Part shown: one piece after another, positions 42,222 to 55,547 of the stretch
Position numbering within the stretch: position 1 is the stretch's first letter
Layout of the letters: each line of letters starts with the position of its first letter
Source of the DNA: Octopus vulgaris
Lineage: Eukaryota
Length of the DNA stretch: 64,000 nt
Reading direction: 5' to 3'
NCBI GenBank assembly: GCA_951406725.2
Contig: OX597833.1
Coordinates: 32,178,001-32,242,000 of the forward strand
Made by a program: the position numbers and the translations under genes
Notes under the pieces: generated by a model
Databases searched by the model: none
What the model was told of the DNA's origin: nothing
The model's input: the letters and a program-made list of their open reading frames with translations, nothing else

Positions 42222-42945
42222 GGTAAGATCTAGAGAAAATTGAGCAATGGTTAAGAGGAAACTGTGAAAATGGGAAAAAGACCGACCGAGAAAATTTTCT
42301 GATGCATAGCATGAAAGAGAGGAAAACCACATTGTACTCAAGTAATGTATTCCTCGGAGAAGTTAATATTTAAAAGGGGAATCTTCCAAGGCGATTCGTT
42401 TTCACCGATACTTTTTGTAATTGCACTAATACCCATAACAATGACACTTAGGAAAGTTAAGATGGGTTACCGATGTGGGAAGAAAGGCCCATCACTGAAC
42501 TATCTTCTGTTTATGGATGACCTGAAATTGTTTGGGAAATCTGAAAAACAGATAGTTTCCTTAACCAAAACAGTCCAGATGAGTGGTAGGGACATCGGTA
42601 TGGAATTTGAGATTACCAACTGATCAATACTTAATATGAAAAGAGGGAAGAAAGTAGCCTGCAGAGGATTGCGGTTACTATCAGGAGAAACCATGGGTGA
42701 ACCTGACGATAGTGGGTATAGCTATTTAGGGATTTTGGAGCTGGATAATATTCTACACAGATAAATGAAAGTCAGGGTTAGCGAGGTGTATAAAAAAATA
42801 TCAAGATGGTGTTAAAATCCAACCTGAATGCTAAAAATTTGATTACCGCAATGAATATCTGGACAGTTGAGGTGGTCAGATATAGTGCGTTCATCCTCAA
42901 ATGGACTAAGGAGGAAATATCATCACTGGATAGAGAGTTGATGAG
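42222..42945 (+). mobile_element. R4/Dong-like RT fragment
   Basis: KRGIFQGDSFSPILF, LLFMDDLKLF, YSYLGILE. Confidence 0.85.
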
Positions 42946-42954
42946 ATCAATCTT

Positions 42955-44296
42955 GCATGGGATTTCCAGTTGCCTTAAGAAGTTTTGAAGTTTCAATGGG
43001 ATTGAGCCCAGCGCTCCGATCACCACTGGTATTACTTATCCTCCTGCATTCCACACAGCCTTGCCATTTCTACTTTCAATTCGGAGTACTTGGTGATTAT
43101 TTCAACCTCTTTACTCACAACATTCATGTCATTTGGTATGGCTACATCAATCATCTGACAGTATTTGTCTCATTCAATATGACAATATCCAGCCGATGGT
43201 GTTCGATTACACGATCCGTCTGAAAATCAGACTCCCAGAGTATCATTTGTTTTCCATCCTCCTGCATAACTGTACTTGGTACATGCTCATACTAGTTTCT
43301 GTTAGTATTTACGGCATAAGAGTCAATGAAGATACACATACACTTTATCGTAGCGGCGCTTGTATTCTTTTTGTGCAAGACTCTCGCATATAATTACCAA
43401 GTGGGTCACATTTTCCACACTCTTTCCACAGAATCTGCATTTCTGGGTGTCAGTAGTTTTATAGATGTTATACTTCATTAAATTGGTAGCCAGAGCTGGG
43501 TCTTGTGCAGCAATGATCAGGCTTTCAGTGGTATACTTAAAATCATCTCGTTCAAGCTATGCCCACGGTGCTGTATTATCCTTAACATACTGTGTGTTCC
43601 TTTCAAACTGTCTATGCATTCTCATTTCAAGGCCTTCTTTTCTCTTCTCCTCAGCTCTTTGGTTAAACTCTTCCTTGCCCACCATTTCATCTGCATTTAC
43701 ACCCATAATGCATAATGCAGCAGGTCTTCATCACTATTTATCAAATGCTAGGCAATCCTTCTCCTTTCATACAATGGTCTATACTAATTAGTCCTCTGCC
43801 ACCATTCTTTCTTTTTGAACTACTCTTGCCTGGTCACAATTCCTTTGCTCTGTAGATTAAAAAAACTCGCTCCTTTTCCACTTACTATACATTCTCTGTC
43901 GATAACCCCCTTGCTAGGACTTCATTTTCACTTACTGGGTTGCTAAAATTAATAGCAGCATCCCATGATAACAGCGTTTACCTGATTGATCCACTTCTGC
44001 CTCATGGATAGCAATCGCTAGATTACGACCAGGTCAACCATGCTGTACAATGAGGTTCCTGTCGGGCGAGGCACCTCCACCTCTGGTTCCAGTCCTATTT
44101 TCGCTGTTATTTGAATCATCATTTTGCATCATTTCATTAATGAGAATTTTAAGGATTTTCCTTCCCACGAGTACTTTTTTCGTGATACCATCACTTGTAG
44201 GGCCACATATCAAAGCTAAAAATCCACTCCTGGCCATGAAACACGGCTTAAACCCCGCCGGACGTGAGCTCGATATTTCTTGGCCAATGGGTGACT
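42955..44296 (-). mobile_element. R4/Dong-like internally deleted copy (putative 5' end + RLE region)
   Basis: GGRGLIS, AAQD, VIGALG motifs; putative 5' end abuts (TTA)n at 44297. Confidence 0.7.
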
Positions 44297-44309
44297 ATTA
44301 TTATTAATA

Positions 44310-47110
44310 GGGTATTTGAGTTAGTAAAGTCTCAATATACAGAATGTGTGTGATTCAAAATGGCGGATTAGTGGAAATAGAACTAAGAAAATGAAAGCTA
44401 AAATATTTTAGCACAAGAAAACAAACAACATTCCCAAAACCAGTAGGCTTATCAACGTTGCCAGTAGAGTCGTTGAGGAAAACTTGGGATTGAAAGTCAA
44501 TGAACAATCAAATAGTACGAAAAATACACAAAAGAAGACCTATGATGGAAATGAAGAATATTGGAAAATATACAAAAGTTTGTTGGTGATGCATCGGTAT
44601 TGGAAAGAAAGAGAGGTGTGCTTAGGAATGACACACTAAAGAAAACATAGTTTTGACAGAAAAGGGATTTAAGGAAAACAGTGAATTTTGGCAGAGATGA
44701 AAAATAACAAGATATGATCAAAGTGTGAAGTAGTATAGGCAAAACAGATTATTCCAAAAAGTATTTGGGTAGAAACAAACACGGAAATGTTATACCAGAA
44801 ACAGAAGAATGTCGTGTCTTTTGCAGTGAGATATGGCGTAAGGAAGAGGAGCATAATACTCAGAAGATTGAGTAGCTATAAAAGCTGAAGAAATCAACAA
44901 CATGAAGAAATTAGAACCGAAAAAGGAAGTGAGTGACAAGTAGAAAAATGCGCAATTGTAGAGAAGCCGGAGCTGATAGTGTTCAAAGGTAGTGAATAAA
45001 GTTGACATTATTCCTTAAAAGAATAGCAGAACAGTTTGATGCACTGATCAGCAGAAATGAAAAAATTCCTAAGTGTATAACTATTAGACAAATTGTAGTG
45101 TATTTGAAAGATGCTTGAAAAAGGAACGCTGTAGATAATTAGTGATCCATATACCTTTCATTGACATGAAAGCTGCTCACTGGAATAATTGCCGAGGAAA
45201 TGTATACATTACATTTCTTGACATCGAAATGCTAACTGTTGAGCAGAAGGGCTCAACAGAATTGCAGGGAAACTAGATTAGCTACTCATAGATAAAATAG
45301 TGATGAAAGATAGTGACAAAATACAAATTTAACAATGGCCTGGATAGATTACTACAAGGTCTATGACATGATGCCACATTAATGGCTCACTGAATGTTTG
45401 AACATGCTTGGGATTGCAAAGAATGTTAAGAATTTTCTGAGAAAAGGTGTAGAAAGTTAGAAGACTGCTCACATCTTATGAACAGTATCTCGGAACATTA
45501 AGAATCAAGGGAGGAATATTTCTAGGAGACAGTGTATCTCCTTTGATATTTGTTTTACACACAATTTTTTAAATATTTCTACTGAGAAAAGTAACATATA
45601 GATATGAGTTTAAAGGAAAACAACAAAAGATCAACCATCTATTATTTATGGTTGATTGCAAGCTGAATGTAAAGATGAATACGGTAAAGATGAAGCTCTA
45701 GTCAGTTCTTCAGTGAACACAGTTTATTGCTTTAGCAAAGATATCAAACTGGAATTAGGACTACAAAAATGTGGAGTAATATTCCTAAGTAGAAAAGTAT
45801 TAGAATTACCTTCAGGAAAAACCACGGAAAGCATTTATGGTACTGGGTGTAAATATTTAGGCATATTGGAGGTACGTGACGAAAAACTGAAAAGTTTTAC
45901 GCGAGAGCATCTCCGAAAACTTAGTTTCGTGTCGCGGTTAAAACTGAATGAAACAAATAAGTTTCAAGCAATCAACACATGAGCGCTTGGATTATTGAGT
46001 GCGGTACTGGTATTGTCTATTGGAAACAAGAGGACTTACTGAGGTTACACTGAAAACACGAAAACTACTCAATGCAAGGAGCATGCTATCTCAAGAGCGA
46101 TATTGACAGGTTGTATCTAACCAGGCACAAAGGGAGACGAGGGCTTATCAGCTGTGAAAGTTGTATATACTCAGAAGAAAATACCATGGGGTGCTATATA
46201 AATAAAACATTTGCTGGTTCAGGTGAGAATATTTGGTATAGTAAGGATACGTACGTGGAGACACAGGAAACAAAAGAAAAAATAGTAAGAAAAACAAAAG
46301 AAAATAGAATGGGGAAAAGAATGCACGCACAACTTTTGAGTCAAGTAAACAGATATACAGACGCCGGCGGAAAATGGCACTAACTAAGGAAGAATGCCTA
46401 GAAACTAAAGACAGAATTGCTTATTTGTGCAGTTCAGGAACAAGCACTTAGGACATATTACACCAAATGTAGGATTGACACTACAGCAGAAAGTGACAAG
46501 TACAGGTTGCGCACTGATAAAGGTAAGATTGTATAGCATACTGTGAATGAATGCACAAAGCTGACCCAAAAAGAATACAAAAGAAGACAGACACAATAAT
46601 GTCACATGAATGACTCATTGGACGCTGTCCCAGACGTGGGTTGGGTAAACCCCAGAAGGAGTAATTAAGAATGACAAAGTAAAGATACTGTGGAATGTAA
46701 TGATCATAAAATTGGACAACAAAAGCCAAATATAGTGGTTATGAATAAAGAGAGAAAGACCGGTTTAATCATAGATTTGGCATTCCATGGTGAAACCAGA
46801 ACATCGGAAAGGGAAGAATAGAAGCACGTCAGATATTATGATTTGAAGATGGAAATAGAAAAAAAAAAGAAGAAAACTGAGCCCGTCAATAGAAGGTGAG
46901 TATTATATTCTTGTTGTTGTCCGAGCTCTCGGAACTATAATCCATAAACTGGATTGGAAAGATACGAGTAAGTGTGAAGGACATCTACAGGAAACTGTTG
47001 TTTGGAACTGTTCGAATCCTCCGTCGGGTTCTCTAAATATTAATGACGAGTGTTTATCATAGATCACTGGTTGTGGACGGCTGACACTTTGTTATGTTCC
47101 TTTGTGAAGT
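44310..47110 (+). mobile_element. Highly decayed R4/Dong-like element
   Basis: WIDYYKVYDMMPH, GIFLGDSVSPLIF, INHLLFM, KYLGILE, DIDRLYLTRHKGRRGLIS, CAVQEQAL. Confidence 0.8.
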
Positions 47111-47139
47111 TGCTGTGTTAAACAACAGCAACAATAATC

Positions 47140-47385
47140 GATCTACCCTTGTCCTCCTACTATTCCTTGGCGTAGCGTCCTGTTCATAGGAGTATAGTCC
47201 TCAGGCAGCTCCTCTATAGGGTCCTATCAGAAACAACTGGCATTACACTTTCCAGTAGGATTTCTAAGCAGGACCAAGTGAATCTCTGGATGTTATCCAA
47301 CCATTTATCTTTGGTCTACCTCTGGGTCTCCTGCCGGTTGGTTCGGTTTGGAGACTCCGCCTTGCAATTAGTCCCTGCTACATCA
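47140..47385 (-). mobile_element. RTE-like LINE 3' fragment
   Basis: Minus strand PTGRRPRGRPK motif. Confidence 0.5.
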
Positions 47386-47414
47386 ACTGTGACTCAATAA
47401 TGATGATGATTCTT

Positions 47415-47610
47415 TTTCCTAAATCTGGCACAGTGCCAGCAATTTTGAGGTAAATGGGTAAGTTGATTATATCTGCCTTAGTACTCGACTGGTACTTTTT
47501 ATCCACTCTGAAAGGGTGAAAGGTAAAGTCAACCTCGGCAGAATTTGAACCGAAAACGTAAAGACGGATGAAATGCTGCGAAGCATAAGGTCCGGCGTGC
47601 TAGCGATTTT
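47415..47610 (-). mobile_element. SINE (second family), diverged
   Basis: GAAAGGGTGAAAGGTAAAGTCAACCTCGGCAGAATTTGAAC. Confidence 0.7.
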
Positions 47611-47759
47611 GATACATTTCTTCGGGCATCTAGGAACGTTCCTGGGAACGTCTCTCCCAGTACTAAAGTTAGTTATGAGGTAAATGTAATCCGCTAGTCC
47701 TCTCCTCCCAAATTTCAGGCGTTGTGCATAAAGTAGAAAAGATTATTATTACTATTTCT

Positions 47760-48205
47760 TCGTAACACAGTGTAGGTAAAAATGCACCGGAGTCTTTAGT
47801 TATCTGTCACGTTATAACAAGAATCTCGGACACATAATACTTTCCTTAAGATGTGCGCTGTGCCCAATAAGGCTGCTTGCATGGGATTTCCAGTTGCCTT
47901 AAGAAGTCTTGAAGTTTCAATGGGGTTGAGCCCAATGCTCCGATCACCATTACGTTCTCACTTTTACATTACCTTCTCGCGTTCCACACAGTCTTGCTAT
48001 TTCCACTTTCAATTGGGAGTACTTGATGATTTTTTCAACCTCTTTACTCACAACATTTATGCTATTTGGTTATGGCTATATCAAGGATTTGTCTCTCTTA
48101 TTCAATATGACAATATCCGGCCGACGGTGTTCGATTACACGATCTGTCTGAAAATCATAGTCCCTCTGTTAGTATTTACGGCATAAGGACCAATGAAGAT
48201 ACACA
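47760..48205 (-). mobile_element. R4/Dong-like 3' RLE fragment
   Basis: Homologous to 42955-43340; ends ..AALLGTAHILRKVL. Confidence 0.8.
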
Positions 48206-48243
48206 CTTCTATTCTTTTTCTTCTTCTTCTTCTTCTTCTTCTT

Positions 48244-50870
48244 GGAGTTTAGCAAAAGGTTAGCAATAGAAAAAAACAGATTGGAGGAAGTACTAGTTTG
48301 CAAACTAGAAGAGGCGATTAGTAAAGGCATCGCAACTGACGTGTTAGCGGCGAGAATGGTTCTGACCATTTGTTTGAGGCGAAACACGAAGGTTGCGTTG
48401 TCAGAGCTAAGGCCCGTGCGCTAAATCATAAAGGAACTAAAACCGTCCGATGGGCTCAAACGGTGGAGATGCCACGTGACAACAAAACCACGATCGGGTC
48501 TTTGACGGATCGGAACGGGCGCGTGCTACATGGTTCTGTGCAGATGTGTGCGGCTTTTCAGCAGCACTTCGCACAACTGTTTGGTGGGGGCGATGGGTCA
48601 ACGACACCTAGATGGTCACCTGCCATATCGGCAGCGGACGCGAAGTTCTGCGAAAGGTCGATAACGGCTACTGAAATATGAGAGGCGATGAGTGATCGCA
48701 TAAGTTGCAAATCGACAGGTTTAGATGGTCTTCCCTATGAATTCTAAGTATTCATGCCAAATTTGTTTGGCGACCTCTTGGCAGACGTTTACTGCAACTG
48801 GTAACAGAACAGGAGAATTCCCAGTGCTGTTAGTTGGGATGTGGTGACACTGATGAAGAAGGACACCGACAGGGGATATATTAGGGAATTTTCGGCCCAT
48901 AACTTTGATAAATACAGAGTTTAAGATTTTGGTCAAGGTGTTAACGAAAAGGTTGGCGCTTGTCGCTGGTAGTCTAGTAGGGGAAGCACAAACGTGCATA
49001 ATCCCAAACAGGTCTATCCACGACAGCCTCCTCCTTATGCGATACATCATAGGGAGGGCTGGAAGTAAAGCTGGCTTCGGTGGGACACTGATCTGTTTGG
49101 ATCAATCAAAAGCATTCGATAGGGTCGATCATCGCTACATGGAAGCTGTCTTTAAAATGGCCAGCTTCGGATCCGTTTTCAGGAGCTGGATCACTGCAAT
49201 GCGCAGCGGCACCCATTCGGTGGTCAAATAAATGGCCATCTATCAGAACCGTTTAGCATCACACGCTCGATCCGCCAGGGCTTCCCACTATCTCCTCTTC
49301 TGTACGTGCTAATTCTCAAATCACTGCTGTGGAAGTTGGAACAAGTGAGGGGCATCCTTTTCGAACTGGGATTCGGAAGGGCAGTACCTGCGTACGCAGA
49401 CGACGTCACCGTCATGGTGTCGGACGCCTCCAAAGTGGACACGGTCGACTCCATTCTAGAAGAATATGAGTCGGTTGCAAGGGCTAAAAACAATGCCGAG
49501 CAGTCGGTGGGATTGCGACTGGGTACCTGGAAAGGCAGGTCGATGCCGTCAGACGACGTCATTGGACGCTGGACTGATGGACCAGTTAAACTGTTCGGGG
49601 TCTAGTTTGGTCCCAACCTCCAAGTAGATAAAAACTGGGACAAGGTGACAAACAGGGTGGCCAGTCCTTCCCAGAAATGGCCTGAAAGAAAGCTGTCTTT
49701 GAAAGGTCGAGCAGAAATGGCGAATGCCTACATCGTCTCCGTTATCATTTATCGTCTAACCGTCGTGCCTTTCCCAATTACTGTTTAATCAAATTGGAGT
49801 GTTTCTTGTTCATGTTCTTGTGGAAGGGACGCCTTCAGATCGTCAGGCGGTCAATCTGCTGTCAGCTCCCTCTGATTAGCGGCTTAGACATGCCGTAGCT
49901 TTTGATGTGCAGACTTGTGTTCAGGTTAGCCACCTGCAACGATTTCTAGAAAGTGAACGCGTGTACGCTCCGTTTGTGAGGCACGTATTTCCGCAACTCG
50001 TCTCTTTGACGGAGCTTGTAATGTTGGGTGAAGGATAGACCAAGACTGAGCGCCTAGCACTTAGAATGTGCCAGGCACTCACAGTCCTCTACCAGCTGGG
50101 CAATAGGATCGGTGGATGTTCCACTTTAGCTATTTATTGAGGATTAGTAGCGGGAAAGTGCGACGACATCCTAGGGGAGACTCTGAGCGTTGACGAAGAT
50201 GAACTGATTTGTCTGTTCCTTAGGACTTTCCAGTCGGGGAATATTATGCATAATTTCTAGATGTCTTTTGATTGGAAATGCTACCGAGGAGCGCTACCGG
50301 TTCGAGATAAACTCTACAGGCACGGATGTGCTGTCAGACGGGCTTGTCCAAGGTGCCTGCAGAGCAACGAAACCGTTCTGCGTGATCTCGCTCAGTGTCC
50401 GATAATTGCTGACTTGTGGAGTTATGTTGAAAAGCTGCTGTTGCGTATAGGACGGATCTGTCTGTTGTCCGAGTCCATAGTGACGATTGACCCACCGCCC
50501 TCCTTTAATCAGGCAGGTAAAGCAGTTTTCCTTTGCCTGGTTGAAATGGCGAAAGAGTTTGTCTGGTGGACGAGACTGAAAGGCATGAGGGCAGAAAAAT
50601 TCCTCTTTGGTAAAGCCTTCTTGGACATTTTCAAGTCGCAGTTGTAAGAAAAGTGAGGGTGGAGAGAGAGGTGCTGTCCTCAAGTGAATTTATGAAAAAG
50701 TAGGTGAAAGTTGTGAAAATAGCAAGAGTGAATTGTACTACTCTCAGTGTGTTCACCTTTGAGTCGGAGGAAAGGAGTTGGAAAAGGTATTTGTCCGTGG
50801 TATTCTGGGTGGTCTTGAATGGTGGGCTCCTCGATCATACCTAGTGGTCCTCCTGTAGCAGGAGCACCCC
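48244..50870 (+). mobile_element. Tx1/L1-like LINE ORF2 remnant
   Basis: GLDGLPYEF, INTEFKIL, DQSKAFDRVDH, YADDVTV, CPRC..ETV; preceded by (TTC)n. Confidence 0.9.
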
Positions 50871-50958
50871 CATCACAATTTGTTTTTTCTTTTCCTTATT
50901 GCTATATACTATATGTATTTCACTTTTAATGTATACTGTGTATGCTTTTATATATATA

Positions 50959-51804
50959 CTAGCAGAATTGCCCGGCGTTGCTCGGGGCTGAATTGCTTGA
51001 AAGTACTGTTAATGATTGCACTGAATTATGATGATTATTCAGGCAAATATTGATATAAGTTTACGGTGGGAGATAAGGACTTAACGATAAAACGTGTGCC
51101 ATTGCATTGTTTTGGGGGAACCAAATTTCTGATGAGCATTATAGGGGCACCAACTTTAAGTTTGAGAAAGTGTGGTGGTAGTCCGGGGTGCTCAAAGGAA
51201 TTGAGTACCTCTATTGGATAGTTGATGACGTCCTCTGGGTCAGGAGTTGTATCGATAGACTGATATACATAGACTTCCCCAGGAATGAGTTTTAGCATTT
51301 CATCATTAATATGGTGAACAGTTTTATTCCTCGGGGCCAGTATAGCCTTTTTGCCAATCCAATCCATATTCTGATAATTAGCTTGTAGATCTGGGAACAC
51401 TGCATCTCTGAGATCAGAAGGCGTCTTAACAATGGTACAAATGGAATCGATGGCAATATTACCATTTTCATCCCCTGGTATTTTGCCTTCGCCAAGTGCA
51501 AGGAGGGTGTGAGGAAATGCTGCTGATGTGATATTACGTCGCATATGAGCACGCATATTGGTGTGAAGTTTGAGAGTTACTTCCCTTTATTAAAAAAAAT
51601 ATGCATTAAAATGGAAAAAATGATGGTAAATTATTTGTTAAATCATAGACTCATCGTAGACGCGCGCTAATACCCAGAAGGGCTCGATATGAATCACGAC
51701 TATAAGATACCCGGTTTTGGTTAAACTGCATTGCAAAATGTGGGAGTAGTTAGGAATCTAAATCGTAGTAGACAGACACACAACCTTTCTTTTATATATA
51801 AATA
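50959..51804 (-). mobile_element. Helitron deletion derivative (14761 family) carrying a helicase fragment
   Basis: Termini match the 14761 family; CTAG at 50959-50962 with CCCGAGCAACGCCGGG hairpin. Confidence 0.88.
51035..51575 (-). pseudogene. PIF1-like helicase fragment of Helitron RepHel
   Basis: LHTNMR, ILAPRN..V..IN, YPIEVLNS..PGLPPH.LKLKVGAPIMLIRNL..CNGTR. Confidence 0.9.
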
Positions 51805-52475
51805 TTTTCGTCCTAAAAAACTTTGTATGGATTGAATGGTTATCTCTATGGAAATATATACACGCACATTATACATACATGTGTGTATAGATGAATATAT
51901 AAATACATTTAAATATCTATATACACTTTTGGGCGATCTTTCTTTTTCTTAGAGATAACTTTAGATCTTATATTCGTCCTAAAAAACTTTGTATGGAGTG
52001 AAAGGTTACCTCTATGGAAATATATACACACACATTATACATACATCTGTGTATAGATGAATATATAAATACATTTAAATATCTATATACACTTTTGGGC
52101 GATCTTTCTTTTTCTTAGAGATAACTTTAGATCTTATTTTCGTCCTAAAAAACTTTGTATGGAGTGAATGGTTACCTCTATGGAAATATATACACACACG
52201 TTATACATACATGTGTGCATAGATGAATATATAAATACATTTAAATATCTATATACACTTTTGGGCGATCTTTCTGCTACTTGTATCTACTTTAGATCTT
52301 ATATTCGTCCTAAAAAAAACTTTGTATGGAGTGAAAGGTTACCGCTATGGAAATATATACACACACATTATACATACATGTGTGTATAGATGAATATATA
52401 AAAACATTGAAATATCTATATACACTTTTGGGCGATCTTTCTGCTACTTGGATATAGGTCTTATATTCGTCGTAA
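51805..52475. repeat. ~166-bp tandem repeat, 4 units + partial
   Basis: CGTCCTAAAAAA at 51809, 51975, 52141, 52306 and degenerate at 52468. Confidence 0.9.
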
Positions 52476-52922
52476 AAGACTTTCCTGTCACACACTCACG
52501 CATACGCACACACACACACGCATCCTCACACACACACACACACGCACACACACACGTTAGCTTACAATTTTATTTATATATTTGCGTGTCTATGTGTGTA
52601 AAGTGGAAGTGGGAATGTAGAGTGAAATAGTCACTCACTACAGAAAGTGAATTAGTTTCACTTTATTCGTTGCACACTGTGTGTGTGCGTTTGCGTGTGC
52701 TGTATCCCACACTAAGAGAAGCATTTGACTCATACACCAGAATGTGAGTTTTCTCTAAATTTTGCTTAATTGGGGTTGAAATTTTAAAAAGTGGACCTGT
52801 CACGACCCGATGCATTCTACTCTTAAAAATGCTAGGTAAATTGTAATTGAAGAAATCCTATATTGTAGATTTCTATAAGATACAAAGGGAGGCAGATAAA
52901 ATCTGCCTTTTATAATAAGAGA
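52476..52922 (-). mobile_element. Helitron-like 5' end, possibly including the 166-bp array
   Basis: Minus start TCTCTTATTATAAAAGGCAGATTTTATCTGCC. Confidence 0.4.
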
Positions 52923-53008
52923 TATCATTTCCTTTATATGTAAACCTCCACATGTTATGTCTTTCTATTGTCCCCCTCATCCTTCGCCCTAGTGGTAACT
53001 AAAATTAT

Positions 53009-53099
<91 letters not shown>

Positions 53100-53220
53100 G
53101 CATGCCGGGCAAAGTCCTTGGCAGCATTTCGTCAGTCTTTACGTTCTGAGTTTAAGTTCCGCTGTGGTCGATTTTGCCCGTCATTCTTTCGGGATCGATG
53201 AAATAAGTACCAGTTGAACA
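53100..53220 (+). mobile_element. SINE (second family) fragment
   Basis: TTACGTTCTGAGTTTAAGTTCCGC..GGTCGA..AATAAGTACCAGTTG. Confidence 0.65.
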
Positions 53221-53279
53221 GCGCCATTTGAACAAAGAACGTATAGTAGGAAGAAATGCCGTTATTATTCTGTCAGCTC

Positions 53280-53331
<52 letters not shown>

Positions 53332-53367
53332 AAAAAGGTTTGAAAATGCAATTTAAACGATGTTTAT

Positions 53368-53412
53368 TTACTTAACCGGTTTCAATCTTTGGTAAAAGAT
53401 TGTCAAAAGTAA
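53368..53412 (-). ncRNA. Variant minimal hammerhead (U3-A8) in left pLTR arm
   Basis: TTACTT-TTGACAA-TCTTT TACC AAAGA-TT-GAAA-CCGG-TT-AAGTAA. Confidence 0.6.
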
Positions 53413-54761
53413 CATTTAAGGAAACATTGAATAATATGGGTTCAAAAAAAGTGTTTTACATAATTGTCACATTGAATATTATGCATTCAAAAAAGTTTTT
53501 TAAATAATTGTCACATTGGATATTATGAATTCAAAAATGTTTTTTTATACATAATTGTCACATTACATGTATAAATATAGTGTTTGGTAACAGAGAAGTT
53601 CAATAGTGTGATGAGAATATTTGGGAAAATTTGGCAGAAAAGGATAAAACAAATATATTATTGGGAATTGGTTGCGTTAATTATTGGTTGTCGCAAATTG
53701 TCACATTACATGTATATATATACAGTCTTTGGTATATATATACAGCCTTTTGACAGCAAAAATTAAAATGGATTTTTTATACATCTCAGAATATTTTAAG
53801 TTCAAGGCGAGAATATGTTTTTACTGACCTGTTGGTATTAGCAGAAAGGCTGAACTGAGAGAAAAGAAGAAGTAGCCAATGTGGTGTATACTTCCCCTTT
53901 ATGTATGAATGATTTTGGGGTTATCGGGAGGTTAGTATGCGGGTGTGAATAGATGTGTCCGTGCCTGCTGGTCAGATAGCGTCTGTTTGTCACACACATA
54001 TATATATACACACACACACACACAACAACAACACACACACACACACACATAGTATACAAACACACACCACATACAAAACACACACACACACAGAACACAC
54101 ACACACACACAACGCACCCACATATATCACATATACACACAGCACACAAATATAACACAGATATATAACACACATACACACACAACACACACACACACAC
54201 ACAACACACGCACACATACATACATAATATAAATATCACACAAATACACCTAGCATATATATACACATACAATACACACATACAGCATGTAAATAATACA
54301 CATACACAATATATGCATGCAATATACATACGCAATACATACATATAATATATATATATATAGACAATGCATATACATATATACATATAAATAGTGTTTA
54401 CATACACATACATACATATACCACATATACACACAATATACATACATACAATGCATACACATACACGTACGCATACATATAATATATATATACACACACA
54501 CACACACATAACATACATACACAATGCATACATATATATACACGCAATGCATATACATGTATTCATGCATATATAGCACACCTACAATATACATATATAC
54601 AATGCACACATACACACACATATATACACTTAATTGTACACATACATATACAATACACATACATACAATATACATATACACAATGCGCATGCAAATAATG
54701 TACATGTTTATACACACATAAACATGCAAATAAATATACACACACACACACCTACACACAC

Positions 54762-54798
<37 letters not shown>

Positions 54799-54994
54799 CA
54801 TACATACATACATACATGCACATACATATATTTTTTCACACACATACACACACATATATATATATAAAAAATTCCCCCCCACACACACAAATTACAAACC
54901 TATAGCGTACACACTCAAATATATCTCTACATACCGCACACACACACAAACAAGGTACTAACATATACACACATACCATGCATATACACACACA

Positions 54995-55025
<31 letters not shown>

Positions 55026-55270
55026 AAAACAAATACACATGTAAATACATACACACATACACAATGCTCACACACACACACACACACACATACACACACA
55101 CCCGCACACAGTGCACACACACACACACATATATACACACGTGCACACACACACACACAACGCGCGCGCACACACACATATACACACACACATATACACA
55201 CACACACGCACACAGAGTGCACACACACACACACACATATATATATACACCCGCGCACACACACACACAA

Positions 55271-55303
<33 letters not shown>

Positions 55304-55547
55304 CACTCACACACATACATCACCTACATATATATAATGCATGCGTGTGCATGCCACGTATGTGTGCGGTCAATGCCCGCTAGTGTGTCCTATGCGTGCC
55401 GATGCGCGCATGTGCCCGCCCGCACGATATGCTGTGAGCGTGCGCGCGTCCCTGTGTGCTTGCTCTGGATGTGTTTCCAGGGGGTATGTTAGAGTATGTT
55501 TAGTTGTGGTCTGTATTTTTGAATAAGATTACTTTCCTTATTTATTC

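Noticed and set aside
51035-51556. Host PIF1 gene
   Set aside because: Intronless fragment enclosed by Helitron termini
53838-55492. Long Cys/Val/Tyr- or His/Thr-rich ORFs (also 56775-58263 and many shorter YI/IY/LSIY ORFs)
   Set aside because: They are translations of microsatellite DNA that lacks stop codons; no coding signal
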